Below are positions 14,171 through 30,200 of a stretch of 64,000 nt of DNA, piece by piece. The notes under the pieces were generated by a model. It did no database searches. It had not been told where the DNA came from and saw only the letters and a program-made list of their open reading frames with translations. This DNA is from Camelus dromedarius (Eukaryota), in assembly GCF_036321535.1 (NCBI RefSeq), contig NC_087437.1, positions 102,612,001 to 102,676,000 of the forward strand. Direction: 5' to 3'. The stretch's first letter is position 1. Each line of letters opens with the position of its first letter. A program made the translations under genes and the position numbers.

Positions 14171-15489
14171 AATGACTTACCTTTTTTCACATTTTCAAAT
14201 TGCAACTAGCTATTACCAAATGAAGTAAATAAATGACTCTTCAATTAGAATGAAAAATGAAAGCCTCTTATTACTCTTTAAAGGTTCAGAAACAAGAAAA
14301 TCCAACATACACTCATTCACATTTTAAACAGTTGTCTGTGTGATGGGTAAATGCCATTTAAAATATTTTCAATTAAAAAATAATTTATAAATAAAAACAT
14401 TTTCAATGATTTATAAATCAGTTTACAGAAGACCAAAAAATAAATGTTTAATAGCAATTTTAACTATAAATAACTAAAAAGAACAAAACCTGTCCTTTCT
14501 CCTGTTTTTGTTCAACCTCTCAACATGTAAGTAATAAGTCGTATCTTCATGTCTGTATAGAAGAGTGAGATTAATTTTTTTCTTTGATATCTCTTAGCAG
14601 ATTGCTTATAATTCACATCATATTCTGGTTTAATTAATGTTCATTCAATAATAAAAGTGCTCTCTTTCTCTATTACCTTTGTGCAAAGAATTTCTGGGTT
14701 GGGAGATTTTGATTTTAATTATATTTGCGCAACACTCCCAATGCAGGGGGCCTGTTTGGGACTGGGCAAAGTTTGTGCTGTAATAGTTTAGGACTGGTGG
14801 GCACAGTGAAATAAGGGTTTAAGTGAGACTTGAAGATTACAGATTTGTTTGTTCAGCTGCATTGAGCATTATTATTCTCAGAAGGAGCCATCTACCATCA
14901 TGAGGGCAAGTAGGCTAGTCTGTTGCTCAGATAATGGGATATTAAGTTCCTAAAACAATGAATAATTTTATTATATCGTCATCTCCCTGGGTAAAAAGTT
15001 TCTGGAGTATTACATTCATGTTAATTGCAGACAGTAGAATATTAAATTCATGTTAGTGTAGACCACAAGCTGTGTGGCTGTAAATGGTTGCAGTTCCCAT
15101 GTGGAAAATTGCCATTTAAATGATATAAGCCAACTGTTGTGGATGTTCAGAGTGAAGAGGCATCATACTTCAGTTATGATGAGAGAAAGCATGTTCATAA
15201 TTCTGTTGGAATTCATGACTGTTCTTGAAGACAAGAAATATTTTCGATAACAGGCATTAGTAGGAAGGATGTTCTAGCTAGGACTGATTGACCGGTACAT
15301 GAGGCTATAATCTTGGGGAGAGGAAGGGAATCTGCATATGCAGCTCCATAATTAGCCAGAGATGAGGCTGAAAGAAAAATAGGGGAGAGATTCTAAAGAG
15401 ATTTGAATATTGACCTTAGGACTTTGGTTTTTACTTGATGGGGATCCAGGAAAGAAAAATCAAATCAACTGCTGATTTAATAAAGACAT

Positions 15490-16010
15490 TTCAATTCAGT
15501 TATATCACTGGAGACAATATATCAGCTAGAATGTCTTAGAGCAGGATATATTATTACTGACTTTAATTATCCAATATTAAAAGATGCCTGGAGCAGGTGG
15601 CTGAAGGGTTATACATTTCAGCTTCTCAACAGAATGCTAGGATGCTACGTCAGTGTAATACCGTTCTTCCGTTTACAAGATGGCTGTCCTATATATCCAG
15701 CATCACGTAATCATGTGACCTGGCCCAACCCCAGACATAAGAAGGTGGCTTTCCGTCTTCCCATCTCATCACCCCCTCTTTTTTTTTTTTTTTTCAGTCA
15801 GGAAGGCATACCTTTCCAGAAACCCTCCAGAAGGCTTCACTTCAGATCAGAAAGTGGACAAGACTGGGATGCATGCTCATACTCTTGCTGCAAGGGAGGG
15901 ACTATGAAAGTAAATGGAAAGAAGCAAAACTTCCTCTACAGTTGTCAACAGATTGAATGGACAGATAATGGGACAGTCAAGATAAAACAGAAACAATTGA
16001 TAATGATCAC
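15490..16010 (-). mobile_element. Old MLT1-type LTR
   Basis: caagatggctgtcctatatatccagcatcacg...cctttccagaaaccctccagaaggcttc...ctgcaagggagggactatgaaagt. Confidence 0.55.
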
Positions 16011-16666
16011 ATAAAAGGTCAGAGGGCTTGCGGTAACAGGTTAACTCATTAGGAAACAATCAAGGTATACCCCAGTCTCACGTCATATTACGGCATAAAT
16101 TCCTGAGCGATTAACATAATTAGTTGTAAAAAATGAAACAAATTAGATATTAGAGAATGTATATTTTCATTTTGAGATCAGATTAAATCAAAGCGTAAAA
16201 GTGATATCACAAAGGAAAAGAGAGGTTACAAAGGAAAAATAGGTAGTATAAACTACATGACCAAAATAAAGCATCAGAAAAAATGTAGAAGAAATGCTTT
16301 CAAAATATTTGCCATTTATTTTATGAGTGCTTATATATTATTACTAATTAAAAAGTTTTTACAGCATTTTAGAAGCACACACAAATGCCCCCTCAATGGG
16401 TAAAGAAGACAGAAAATAAACAAAGGAAAAATTTGAAAAGAAAGCTACGAATAATCAAGAATTGCAAATTTGAGCACGATATTTCCTACCATATTGTCAA
16501 AGAATAAAAACGAGTATATAAGAGATGTTAACAATGTTGGAAAATTAGTCTTTCATATTTTGTTTGATAAAGCAAAAATGAAAATATGCCTCATTTCTAG
16601 AAGATGATTTGGTAGCATGTATCAAAATGTTAAAAATCTGTTTTTGACTTAGTTATAGCCCATAGG

Positions 16667-16885
16667 TACTGAGTAATGTTATGGTAAATATACTATTCTA
16701 CATTCTTTATACATAGTAACCTATGTCATCCTTACAACAAGACTATGGAGAAGGAATCACCATTATTCTCTTTTACAGATGAGAAAACCACAGCACTGTG
16801 TGGTGAGATAAACTCGGGAACAGAACTGGTAAGTGATGGGGCCAGATTTCAAAACTATGGTGTCTGTCTCAACAGCTTATACATA
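16667..16885 (-). mobile_element. MIR SINE, adjacent to an old L1 3' fragment (~16050-16660)
   Basis: atccttacaacaa...ttttacagatgagaaaacc...ctggtaagtgatggggccagatttcaaa. Confidence 0.75.
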
Positions 16886-17512
16886 GAAATATCATGTTAC
16901 TTTGCTTCTCGACTTTAAATAAGCTTACTTAAATAATAGAGGAATTATAAAGATGTATGTAAAAGATATTAGCATAAGCAATTTTTAAAAATAGTTTAAA
17001 CTTTCAAATGAAGTTAAGTGTACTGTTTAGGAGAATTTTGCTTAGAATGTTTACAGATCACAAAACTGGCAGTGATTATTCTTTGTTTCTGGCTGGTGAT
17101 TAAACATACTCATGTTCTTCACTTTAGAGTTCTTAAGTAAATGACAAAACTCATGTTCTGAAAATGTCTGATCTGTAGTTTTTTTTTTTTCAACAATAGT
17201 TTGGCAAATTCTTGGCAGTATCTAGAGAAGCATGGATCTCTGCAAGAAATGAGGTAGGGTGCAGGTGGGATGGAGTGCTCAAATTGTAGAATTTTTCAAA
17301 TTGTAGAATTGTTTGCTCAGTGTCTTCCTTATAGCCTTCCTCATCTCCCTTCAGCAGTCAACATATCCCATTGCAAGTTTCTATTTCTGTGATTTCTGTG
17401 TTGTTTTCTATTCAGAAATTGTATTGTCACTCTGTCACTTCAGGTAGGGATCAAAGACTGAGCCTTTTTGTCTAGCTAGTCTCTGTGTTACCTTAACCTT
17501 CTCTTAGAGGAT

Positions 17513-17563
17513 GTATAGATGATAGATAAATAGGTAGGTAGGTAGGTAGACATAGATAGATAG
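17513..17563 (+). repeat. Compound (GATA)n/(GGTA)n microsatellite directly 5' of the pseudogene
   Basis: atagatgatagataaataggtaggtaggtaggtagacatagatagatag. Confidence 0.85.
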
Positions 17564-17565
17564 CA

Positions 17566-19392
<1,827 letters not shown>

Positions 19393-19856
19393 AAAAGTTG
19401 CAAGCTGTATTTTATTCAGGGACCTTACCGAGACTAGACCCCAAGAGACACCCTCTCAGTTTCTAGATGGTGGTGAAGATCTCTAATCTCTTCCTGCAGG
19501 AATATCTTAAATAAAAAAGAAAAATCACATTTACTAATATAAAAAGAGAAAGCTAAAGAAAATTTATCGGCCTGCTTTTTAAAATGATGTTTTTAAGAGT
19601 ATTTAATGTTAAGAGAAAACTTCATGGTGTTTAAGCTTTAAAATGATATAACATCTGTGTATATAATATTCCCCATTTAATAAAAGTTACTGTATATAGG
19701 CACATATAAACACTGTGTATTTGGAAGTTTTCTTACACAAAAATCTAATCTGGGGAAACAAGGAGGTGACATGCCAAGTAATAGAAACACACAAATACAG
19801 GAATGAATGAATGAATAAGTGAATGACAAATAAATCAATAAATTTTAAGCATAACT

Positions 19857-20845
19857 GTTTATTTATTTTTATGTAAGTATAGTTGATTTACAATGTTGTG
19901 TTAGTTTCAAGTGTAGAGCAAAGTGATTCCATTATGCATATATATATATGTACATTCTTTGTCAGATTATTTTCCATCATAAGTTATTACAAGATATTGA
20001 ATATATTCTTTTGTGTTCACAGTAGGTCCTTGTTGTTTATCATTTTATATATAGTAGTGTGTATACATATTAATCCCCAACTCCTAATTTATCCCTTCCC
20101 CTATCTTTTTCCCCTCTGGTAATCATAGTTTGGATTCTGTCTGTGAGTCTACTTCTCGTTTGTAAATAAATTCACTTCTATCATTTTTTTAGATTCCATG
20201 TATAAGTGATATATGATATTTGTCTTTGACTTGCTTCACTTACTATAATAATCTCTAGATCCATCCATGTTGTTGTTGCAGATGGGATTTTTTCATTCTT
20301 TTTTATGCTGAGTGATGTTCCATTTTATATATAAATCACATCTTCTTAATCCAGTCATCTGTCAATGGACATTTATGTTGTTTCCATGTCTTAGCTATTG
20401 TAAACAGTGCTGCTCTGAACACTGTGGTGCATGTATTTTTTTGAGCTAGAGTTTTCTCTGGATATATGCCCAAAAGTGGGATGGCTGGATCATATGGTAA
20501 CTCTATTTTTAGTTTTTTAAGGAACCTCTACACTGTCCTCTCTCCCATAGTGACTGCACCAATTTACATTCCCACCAGCAGTGTAGGAGGGTTCCTTTTT
20601 CTTCACACCCTCATCCATTTATTATTTGTAGACTTTTTAATGATGGTCATTCTGACTGATGTGAGGTGAAATCTCATTGTATTTTTGATTTGCATGTCTC
20701 TAATAATTAGTGATGCTGAGCATCTTCTCTTGTGCTTGTTGTCCATCTATATGTCTTCTCTGGGGAAATGTCTATTTAGGTCTTCTGTCCATTTTTCTGA
20801 TTGGGTTGTTTGAGGTTTTTTGATATTAAGCTGTGTGAACTGTTG
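19857..20845 (-). mobile_element. 5'-truncated L1 (ORF2 C-terminus plus 3'UTR) with 11-bp target-site duplication
   Basis: Antisense L1 3' motifs (tatagttgatttacaatgttgtg; ctggatcatatggtaactctatttttagttttttaaggaacc) and a T-rich tail at the left end. TSD taagcataact occurs at 19846-19856 and 20846-20856. Confidence 0.93.
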
Positions 20846-21045
20846 TAAGCATAACTTGTGTATGCTAGGCTAGTGTCACAATTAAAACCATAGATAATCC
20901 TTATTTTAAATATTTTTTAATAAAAATGCTTAATCACGTGGATTTCTATCATTCCTTCTAGTGCATTTAAATGGGTTTAGGAGTATGAGAGAGCCTGTAC
21001 ATCCTTAAATACTGGCAGTGAATACTGACTCTTCAATTTTCTGAG

Positions 21046-21239
21046 CAGTGGTGTGCTGGTAAATGTTTAAAAACAATCTCCCTGGAAAATGAATGAATGA
21101 ATGCTCTGACTTGTGGCACTTGTCCAGTTTACATGGTGGAAATATTCCAATGACCACTTTTCAAACTACCAGTGTGTTGGACAGAACTGTGAATAAATGG
21201 ACATAGGAAGCGGGTAGGAGCCTGTATCATACTCCACTG
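21046..21239 (+). mobile_element. hAT-Tip100 MITE (ORSL-like)
   Basis: Terminal inverted repeats cagtggtgtgctgg ... atcatactccactg; the 8-bp flanks tttctgag and tttgcgag match at 6/8. Confidence 0.7.
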
Positions 21240-21377
21240 TTTGCGAGGCACAGTCCTGTGTTCGCATGGACACGGCTCCCAGCGCTTGTATTCCTTGCGT
21301 GCTGGTATAACTTCTCTCTATGCTCTCTCAGGACCCATATATTAGGTCTCACCTTGTGGCCAGTTGAAACTCTGGAA

Positions 21378-21590
21378 CAGGGATTGGCAAACTTTATCTT
21401 GAAGGGCCAGAGAGTAAATATTTTTAGATTTATGGGCATTTGGTCTCTATTGCAACAAACTCAACTCAGCCATTGAAGCTAAATAAGCCACCAACATATA
21501 AAATGACAGAAGTGTGTGTCATGATAAACCCTTTTTTCTTATAAAAACAGGCAGCAGGGCTCCAGACGCTACTTTATTGTCCCTGCCCAT
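21378..21590 (+). mobile_element. MER58A-like hAT-Charlie MITE
   Basis: cagggattggcaaactttatcttgaagggccagagagtaaatattttag...gcaacaaactcaactcagcc...aaaaacaggcagcagg. Confidence 0.85.
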
Positions 21591-23564
21591 GAACTCCTGA
21601 CCCTCTGCTGCACCCCTCATCTAGCTCTGTGCCTCAGGCTGTGACACGGAGCCTCTCTGTAGGACTGCCCTAAATAGCGATAACATCCATGGACACACTT
21701 ATGCCAATACAGCCACAGTCCCTGTGCCTCTCCTTGGCTCAGTTTACCTAACACCAGATCAAAGACGGAAGAACAGAAATAATTTTGGTCACTTACCTTC
21801 CCTGTTTTCTTTCTTTTTCTTTTCTCTTAATCCACACCAGAAGAGAAAAGTGTTATTTTTGCCATGTCATGTAATCCTTAACTAAAGAATAAACATCACT
21901 TAGCCCAGCTGGCTTCCCTCCACGTTGGAATTCTCTGCTCTGAATCCTTCAGACTGGCTCTTTGGGAATTTGAAATACTTCTTTCCTTCTATGGTCTAAA
22001 CTTGGGTTTCAAACCTACTGCCTTACTAAAGTAGTCAACTACTCCACCTGCTCTGGGTGACAGCCTCATGATTCAGAGTATAATTTAAAAGGGAAATTAA
22101 ACTGCAGTTTAATCATTTCTATTATATGAATATATTAGTATTATACAAAAATCAAGGTTAACAGTGATAATGCATGTAAGTAACTTTTTAAAATTTCACA
22201 AAAATATTTTAAATCAGAATAATTATAATCTTAAAATATTTCAGACTGAGAGCTCCATGGGGAACCTATAAAATATTCTATATGTCGTAAAATATTATTT
22301 TCAGCAGGATTAAGTGGAAATTTAGATAAAAGACTAATTAGCAAATAAGGAAGGGAAGATGTGGTTACAGCATATGAAAAAGACCCATATGCCAGTTTGC
22401 CTAAGCTTTGGAGACACAGACAAGGGAGGATAGCTGTGTTATAGGAATGTTGTGCCAGATGCTCCAATTTCCCTGAATCTAAACTAATCACTGCTCCTGC
22501 TTTGGTCTATGAAACAAAACAAAACAAAACGAAACACAACACTGGTTCAAAAGCATTAGGATTCATGTTCTTTCTAATTCTTAGTCCTAGCACTAAAAGT
22601 CCAAAGAGACTACACATACACTATTTGAATTTTTATAATTAAATGTTACTTTATACAATTAGGCCAATTTATTTCCCTATTTTATGGAACCTGATAACCA
22701 CATTTGAAATGGACTCCAAGGGATGTCAAAGAAGAATGAAGATCTGGAAGAGAATCCCAAATAGACTTTAATGTTATATTGAAGGGCTTCCTCAATCTAG
22801 TTTCACTTGTCTGTATTTTAGCTGAGAAGTGGCATTATATTTTATCCATGTGGAGCATATGCTAGAACAATATTCTCCTTTAAAACTGTGAGAAATAGAT
22901 AATATTGCATGCATCATTGATACATGAACATGATTAAGGAAATGAAATTGCCCATGCCTAAATAATTCTTTTAAAGTGTGCCATTAGAAAAGTCAGAACA
23001 GGATAAGTTGTACTTATCACCTTTTATAAAAATCACTATATTTAGAAAAATAAATATGCTATGGTGTATTTTGTCTTACAGACAAGAAAGAAAAAATCAT
23101 GCTAATAAAATGTGGGCTTATATATTTTTTTAGCTAGATATTTTCTTAATTACCTTTATTAATGACAAGTTTGGATTAGTACAACTAATCTTTCTAGTTC
23201 AAATGATTTCCTTTGATTCATGTTATTCTCTTAAAGCTAGAGATAAGTGGCTTCCTTTGAAATATCAGTATCAATAAATATATGTCACAACTTATTAGCA
23301 GCAAATTAAAGGAAAGAAGAAACAGATAAATAGAACTTTAAAAATTCAAAGACATCACATAGTTCATCTCTCTGTACACAGCTTTCTTGATTTATAGTTA
23401 AGGAAACTTAAGCATCTGTCTCCTCCCAACTCACAAATACTAACTAAAAGAGATACAGTTCATGAGTTTAAATTAGATAAATGAGGGAGCTGAGGTGTAG
23501 AAGAAAGAAGCATGTAAAAGTCAGAGGCAACTTAAAGCCAGGAGTACTTATCTACTGTCACTGG

Positions 23565-23915
23565 TCAAACAGAATTTAGAATGGTGGCTGCCAGGGGCTG
23601 GGGGCCGGGGTTGGTGGCAGGAAACAAAGCTGATGGTCAAAGAGCACACACTTTCAGTTATAAGGTGAATACTGTACAGCAGCGTGTCTCTAGTTAACAA
23701 TTCTGTATTCTATCCTCAAAGGTTGCTGGAAGAGTAGGCCTTTACTTTCCTCACCATATCAACAACAACCGAATGGTGACTGTGTGTGGTGGAAGCCCTG
23801 TTAATTAACCTTACTGTGATAAACACTTTGCAATATATAAGTGAATCAAATCACCACCTTGTCCGCCTGACTCACACAATGTTAGATGCCAATTTTACCT
23901 TAATAAAGCTGGCAG
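23565..23915 (+). mobile_element. Old L1MA-type 3' end
   Basis: agaatggtggctgccaggggctggggg...ctttcagttataaggtgaat...caattttaccttaataaagctgg. Confidence 0.8.
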
Positions 23916-24984
23916 GGTTGGGGAAAGCTCAGGGGATAGACTCTTCAAATTGATCTCTGTAGGTTCTTGGTGGCTAAATCAAAAGAATAAATGTTTGATA
24001 TTGAGATTCTTAATTCATTTAAGCTAAAAAAGAATCACTTGTAAAGGGGGAATGCCATTTGTTTATTTGCTTGCTTGTCTGTTTTCCTGGTACTAATATC
24101 TGAATGAAATGCCTCTAAGGAGTTTCTTAGGTAGTACAGACAGATGTCCTCAAAATACCCTAGTGAGTTCTAATTCCCTCTTTTGATAACTTTCCTCAAT
24201 GAAAGACAGTTTTCCAAGGGACCAAATCACTTATCTGGACTCTAATTGTCTGATTTGATTTAAGAATGAAATTAAGACTACCTGGAGAAGGGGTTATTTG
24301 ATAAAGACCACACAGCTATTTCAGGACAAATCCAGACCTCTGGAGCCATAAATAATTACATCTCTGTTTATTAAATTTTATATATAATTGGTAATTTCTT
24401 AGACAACTGAGTGGATTCAATCTGGTTTCTCTCTTATTTTTCTTTATACATTTATTTTTCAGCATAGTCTCTGATAGATTTTTTTTTTTGGAATGTTCAT
24501 TCTTTGTTATTCTTTAAAAGCTGCCTGTAGATTTCCCAAGTGACAGGTGAGGACATAGATGCTATCTGAAAAATAAATTGGCCAAATATGCAATTCAGTC
24601 AAATAACTACAAGTAGACAAAGTTTGAAAACAATCCATTTGCAGAGAATAAATGTACCAGTTCTTTGCAAGTTTACCCATAGCTCAAATACACCTAGGCT
24701 GTGATTTTATAACCTCACTTAATCATGCTTTTGGGTAGAGATCATTTCTTTTTTTTAACCTTTTGTGTATTTCAAATAATGTATAACACATAATACATGT
24801 TTAATGGATTTTATAGAAATATCTAAGTGCTAAATCTGTCTTAAATCAATCAATTTTAAATCAATCTGTTTACCCTGTCCATAAATTGAGTCATTCATAA
24901 ATTAATTATTAATAAGCCATTCATATAAGATTTCAGCAATGGGAATAATAAGTTTTCCTAATAGATACGTTTTTGTCAATGAAG

Positions 24985-25330
24985 ATGATTTCAGGTATAA
25001 GTCACAGTAAGGAAAAACAACAAAAAAAGATAAAACCATAAGGTGATTTGTTATCTCAAGTAACTAGAATGGTCCAGGGAAGGGCAGCCTTTCTGTTGGT
25101 TAATTTACTGGATCAATGACATCGTGAAAGACCTGTGTCCCTGTCATCTTTCTGCTCTGTTACTCCTACTGTATTTCTGAAATACCTCATGGATACAAGA
25201 AGGCTGCAGTGCTTCCGGGTAATGCATACTCACATTCTAACACCTAGAATGTCACAGCATGCCCAATCACTGGCAAAGGGAATGGGGCCACAAATCATGA
25301 CTCACCTCTGGTCCTGAGATTGTATATTGG
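24985..25330 (-). mobile_element. Old MLT1-type LTR fragment
   Basis: ttatctcaagtaactagaatggtccaggga...caatgacatcgtgaaagacc...ctttctgctctg; ccaatcactggcaaagggaatgggg. Confidence 0.5.
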
Positions 25331-27274
25331 TTGAGTCAGAGAATAGTAATATGAAAATCTTTTTGCTGGGAAAATTCCCAAAAGATTCTGCTGAATATTT
25401 ACATTGTATGGAGTTAGGAGGTTGTTTTAATTTTCATAGAATGATAGATGTGGGAACAACTGGTTATGTTTGCTGTAAGCAGAGCAGTATGCCTTTTGAA
25501 ATGTGTCCACAGTTCTAGTTCTGCTTCTCTTCTATGTCCATTTTGCTGAGGGTTCTCTAAAGCCTATGTTTCAATATTTCCTAAAAATAAGAAAAAAACA
25601 CTCAATTTTTTAACCTAGGTCCAGGTTTCTAGATTATGGAGACCAATTCCTTGCTTTTCTGAATTAAGTGTATCAATGTTATTTTCCTATGAAATTTTCA
25701 TTATAGTGTATAGGCTTAAAGTAAATCATCACAAAGACTTTTACAGAAAAGAGAGAAAGAGAGAGAGAGAATAAGAAGAAAGAAGAAAAGAAAGATATTA
25801 CATTGTAGGAATTTGTTTTTTTGCTAAGAAAATTGTGTTTAAAACAAAAAATTCAAAGTATTACAGAAACCATAAGAATATTTTGTTTTCCTAGTCATTC
25901 AGCAACCCTGACCCAGTGCCCATTCTGTGTTTCCCATGTGCCAGACTAGTGTATTAGCTAAGAGATGATTAAAGGTATACTTTCTACCAAAATCCCTTAG
26001 ACATTTTAATATTTATTTCAGTAGAAGATACATTTTATTTAATGAAGGTGATTATTAATGAGGGTGGTCTTTGAGCTTTTTTTTTGAGCATTGCTCTCAA
26101 TCTAGAGGAAAAATGATTGGTAAAGAGAGCACACAAATCTTGTTCTGGGCAGAATTCACTAGTTATACATTATCTAAAAAAATGAGATATGAATTTAGAA
26201 GACCTATGTTTTATTTAAATACAATTCAAAGATGTTGTCTCATTGCCGGCGGAAGTAACTTGTAAGTGGAACAATTAAAAATAAAAACCATGATACTAAA
26301 CGAGTGTTAATCTTTGTTCACTTCCAAAACACTCTCAGGGATCCTAGTTAACTTCCTCCTCCATTGACCCCACCCACAATGGAGTATAAAGATCATTGGT
26401 ATAATGGCCAGAGCATTCAGTAATGCAAATCTAAATTTACATGAAGAAGTGACATTTTATTGTGGTAAATGAAAACAACAAATATATTGATGCAATATAG
26501 AATAATTGCCTATAATGTGACTGATACATGGGGAATGTGGCAGACAGTTGAGGCCAGACAGGATTAGAATTAGTAGAAAAACTAATAATGTATTTTTTTT
26601 CAACAGTGAGCATTAGGAGAAACATTGAAGTGTGCAGTATGGGTTACGTCGAAGAGATTTGGAGTTGAAATTAGAAAACGTTTTCAATCCTGGTGCATGT
26701 ATTCATTCATTTGTTTTCTACTCATCTTTTATCAATTTATCTATTTATTATTGTAATTAGGTGAGTATTTGAACACATTTTTATGATGGAATATGTTTAA
26801 TCTAATTTTGAGGTATGATTTTTTTTTGCAGGTCAGCTTTTTCCTTATTAGCTGTTTTATTTTCTTCAACAATAATAATTCTGATGGCAGCAAAACTCTG
26901 AGGCTAAAAAGAATAATCTTTAAGTCACTGCCAAGAACTTTGTTGGAAGCTTTGCTTCCTAACCAAAATGCTTCTTCTTTCAATGCAGGCTGTTGCTGAT
27001 TTTGAGTGACTATCACTCACAGAAAGAACGTAGGGCTCTGGAGTACTGATTTTCCACCACTGATCCTGGAGCTTGAGGTGCATGTGTAAGTTTTTGTGAC
27101 AGTTTTTGTTCATTCACGTTCCAACTTAAGTGCTGCCTTTGACTATAGCACCCAAGGGTGGCTGAGGAGACAGAAGACACCCTTCGCCCTGTGCGTTCCC
27201 AATACCGACACTAAGGACAGTTCAGCCCCTCCCACCACACACCCCTGATCGCTGCCAGGCACTCCGTGCTGCTC

Positions 27275-27294
27275 TGCAGCACCAGGGGGCTCTT
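27275..27294 (+). promoter_or_regulatory. Candidate CTCF binding site
   Basis: tgcagcaccagggggctctt is close to the CTCF core CCACCAGGGGGCGC and lies in a locally GC/CpG-richer unique segment. Confidence 0.5.
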
Positions 27295-30200
27295 CCAAAC
27301 CACGTCATAGGTCTTGCCTCTGATCAATGTGATGCCACGCTTTCCCAGGTAGGTCATAAGCTGAGCTGGGGAAGGGATGGAAACTACTTGGGTGAATGGG
27401 GCCATTTCTCTCGTTCCATCTCTGACCCCTCATCTCGTCTTCAGCCCCTTCCTCCATGATTTGGAGAAAAGTACTGTGTCAGCATTGAAAGAGATTATAG
27501 TTTAGAAATGCAGTCATTATTGCCTGAAGCATCCAAGACAATTTGTGGTTGAAGATGTGTTCTTCTACTTTTATACTATGGTAAATATAACATGACTGGA
27601 AATGTACTTACCATTCAAATTTTCCTGCACACTCTGGATAAGATTGCATTTATGGTCATTATGAAAGAAGCACAGTCCACAGCATTTGAGGGAGTCATTT
27701 CAAGTCAGCATCCACGTGTGGTACAGTGGGTGACACAGAATTAAATAAATGGTATTAAGAAACCATAAAGCCAAAATAGGTCCACATTGTTTCAATTCAA
27801 ACAGACTGAAAAACCATGTCACTGTGTGTAATATGGCTACCTTCTTCTCGTGGTAGGAGATATACAATTAGCAAGAAATGGCATGCTTGATGATAAAAAA
27901 ATAATAGATGATCTCTGTACCAGAATAAGAAAAGAGCTAAATACACTACAAAGAATCTTGCAACCTATTATTTTAAATCTTCATTAATAAGCCACTCTAT
28001 CCCACATGAGTCCATGCATTTTTAACATGTTTTTAAAAGTCAAATTATTTACATGTATGTAGGGTTCCCACAAAAGGTATTTGCTTACAGCTGCACATAC
28101 TCTTGGGTCAGCCCTGCTCAGGAATACGGTAATTGTGCAGAACAGACAACACAAGTCACGTGCTCTGAAATCTGCTTTCTCATTTCCACTCCATGCTCCA
28201 TTGTTATGAAATTTGGAAAAAGTAATCTCTTTATACTTCTTTTCTCTTCTCTTTAAAATAGGTATAACAGTATTTACATCATTAGTGTGGTGTTAACACT
28301 AATTACCCACATGCAATGCTTAGTAATTGTTGGCTATTATTATTCTTACTACTAGTCTAGATCTCCATAAATACTGACTATCATTAGCAGTAGTTGTAAT
28401 GATAGTATTGGTGCAAAGATGAAACTCGAATTGAGGGAATTTTAAAAACATATTCTTCAATATTTAACATTAGATTTTTGCTTTGCCAGACTCTGTGAAA
28501 TACTTCAACTGCCCTGAATATTTGGTAAATTCTGGTATGTACACAGCCTTGAGTCCATGGTCCCTGAAAGGAGATGGCTTGTGGGAAATGACACAGTGTG
28601 GGGAGGAGTGACTTCTGGAGAATGGCATCATGTAGGAAACAAACTGTAGGTACAGGAAGAAAAAAAAAATCCAGAAGAGAGGGAGAGAAACAGAAGGAGG
28701 AGTTTAGAACTTGAGGACCTTAGGAGAAATGTGTAGGCAACCTTCCTCCAAATCCCTAGGAATCTCTACAAACATTGGAAATAAATTATTTTTCCCACAC
28801 TCTCCATATACTGATAGTTGATTAAAGCCAATTTTACCTAAATAACAAAGGAAAAGTTGACATGAGCAATTTGAACTTGGGAACTTAAAGCAAGTTAGCA
28901 TGTTGGCTGCACATCAGATTAGTTCATGCATTGTAAAAGTGACCACGGCTGCTTAATTCAAGTTTCTGATTTAAAAGCAAATGAAGCACATGTGTGCTAC
29001 TCAATGGGAAAACATGATAACGTGGAAAACTGAATCATGAGTTTAGTTAAGCTTCGGAAATAATGATATCTGGTAGTGACCACATCTTTGTTTCCTGAGT
29101 GTTAATTTGGTTCTCCAGTACAATTTCTCTGAACATCGTTTTGTTGCTATCATATCCTATGAGGCACATCTAGGGCAGGAAAGCTTGAGGATTTCATGGT
29201 TTTGAAAGAATTCATCTCTAAAGAAGACTCTCTCATTATAGAACCTACAAGTCAAAACTTTGGGCTTAGCTTCAACCTGTCTTCTGACACCAGCATTTAC
29301 GCACCTTTCAGTGGTCTGTCCCCCAGTCTCATCTGCATTTCCATGTCTGGTCCCTTGTCATGACAATCTGCCCATCTGGAATGTCTTCTCTCCTCCTCTG
29401 CACTTCTCCATAATCCTTCCATGTTTAATGGCCACTTACCGTCTTTGTCGGAGAATATTTCTGGTGATCTCATTGCACTCTTTCATTACAAACTCACAGC
29501 AGTTATTTTCTAAAATGCTGCTAGCTCATGGTCAGATATTTCCTAAGGAGGGCCTCTAGTGCTGACTTACTGTCATTTTTTTCTGAACCTAAATGTATTG
29601 CACACCTTACTAGATTCTGGCCTCAGAAGGATTAGATTCTAGTGTTATATACTCCATTACTTAGCATGGTGCTACACACACTAGCAATAATGGAGGACTG
29701 ATTTCATATTTTCCAAATAAATTAGTCAGATCATGCATATTTAGGATGGAGATAGGCTCTAGTAGGGTCACCGAAGAAATGTTAGTGATGTATAATTTAG
29801 ATCTACTTTTCAGAAAATGAAATATAAATTAGGAGGTATGACACAGCACAAAGTATATTTTAGATTAACTTTAAGTTCCTTAAATAATTAAAAACTGTAT
29901 AAACATTCTCCAGATATCTCATAGATGAGATGGCAAATGGTTGGCAATTATCAGTCAATGAATAAACAAACAAACTAATAAAATTCTGTTGAACAAATAT
30001 TAATCAATTGGAATACAGATTGGAAAAATCCTATTAGTCACTTGACTGTGAAAGAATGCAGTTCTGAGACTGGAATCTGGGACCGTTGGGGAGGGGGCAT
30101 TTATAAGATGCATCAGATGTAAATAAGAGTAACACCTTTAACGGATAAAAGATATTTTTTCCATATTTGCTGACTTAAGCTATGATGACAAAGGGCTCTC

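Noticed and set aside
17279..17311. 17-bp tandem duplication tcaaattgtagaatt
   Set aside because: Two-copy slippage duplication with no spacer structure, so not CRISPR-like.
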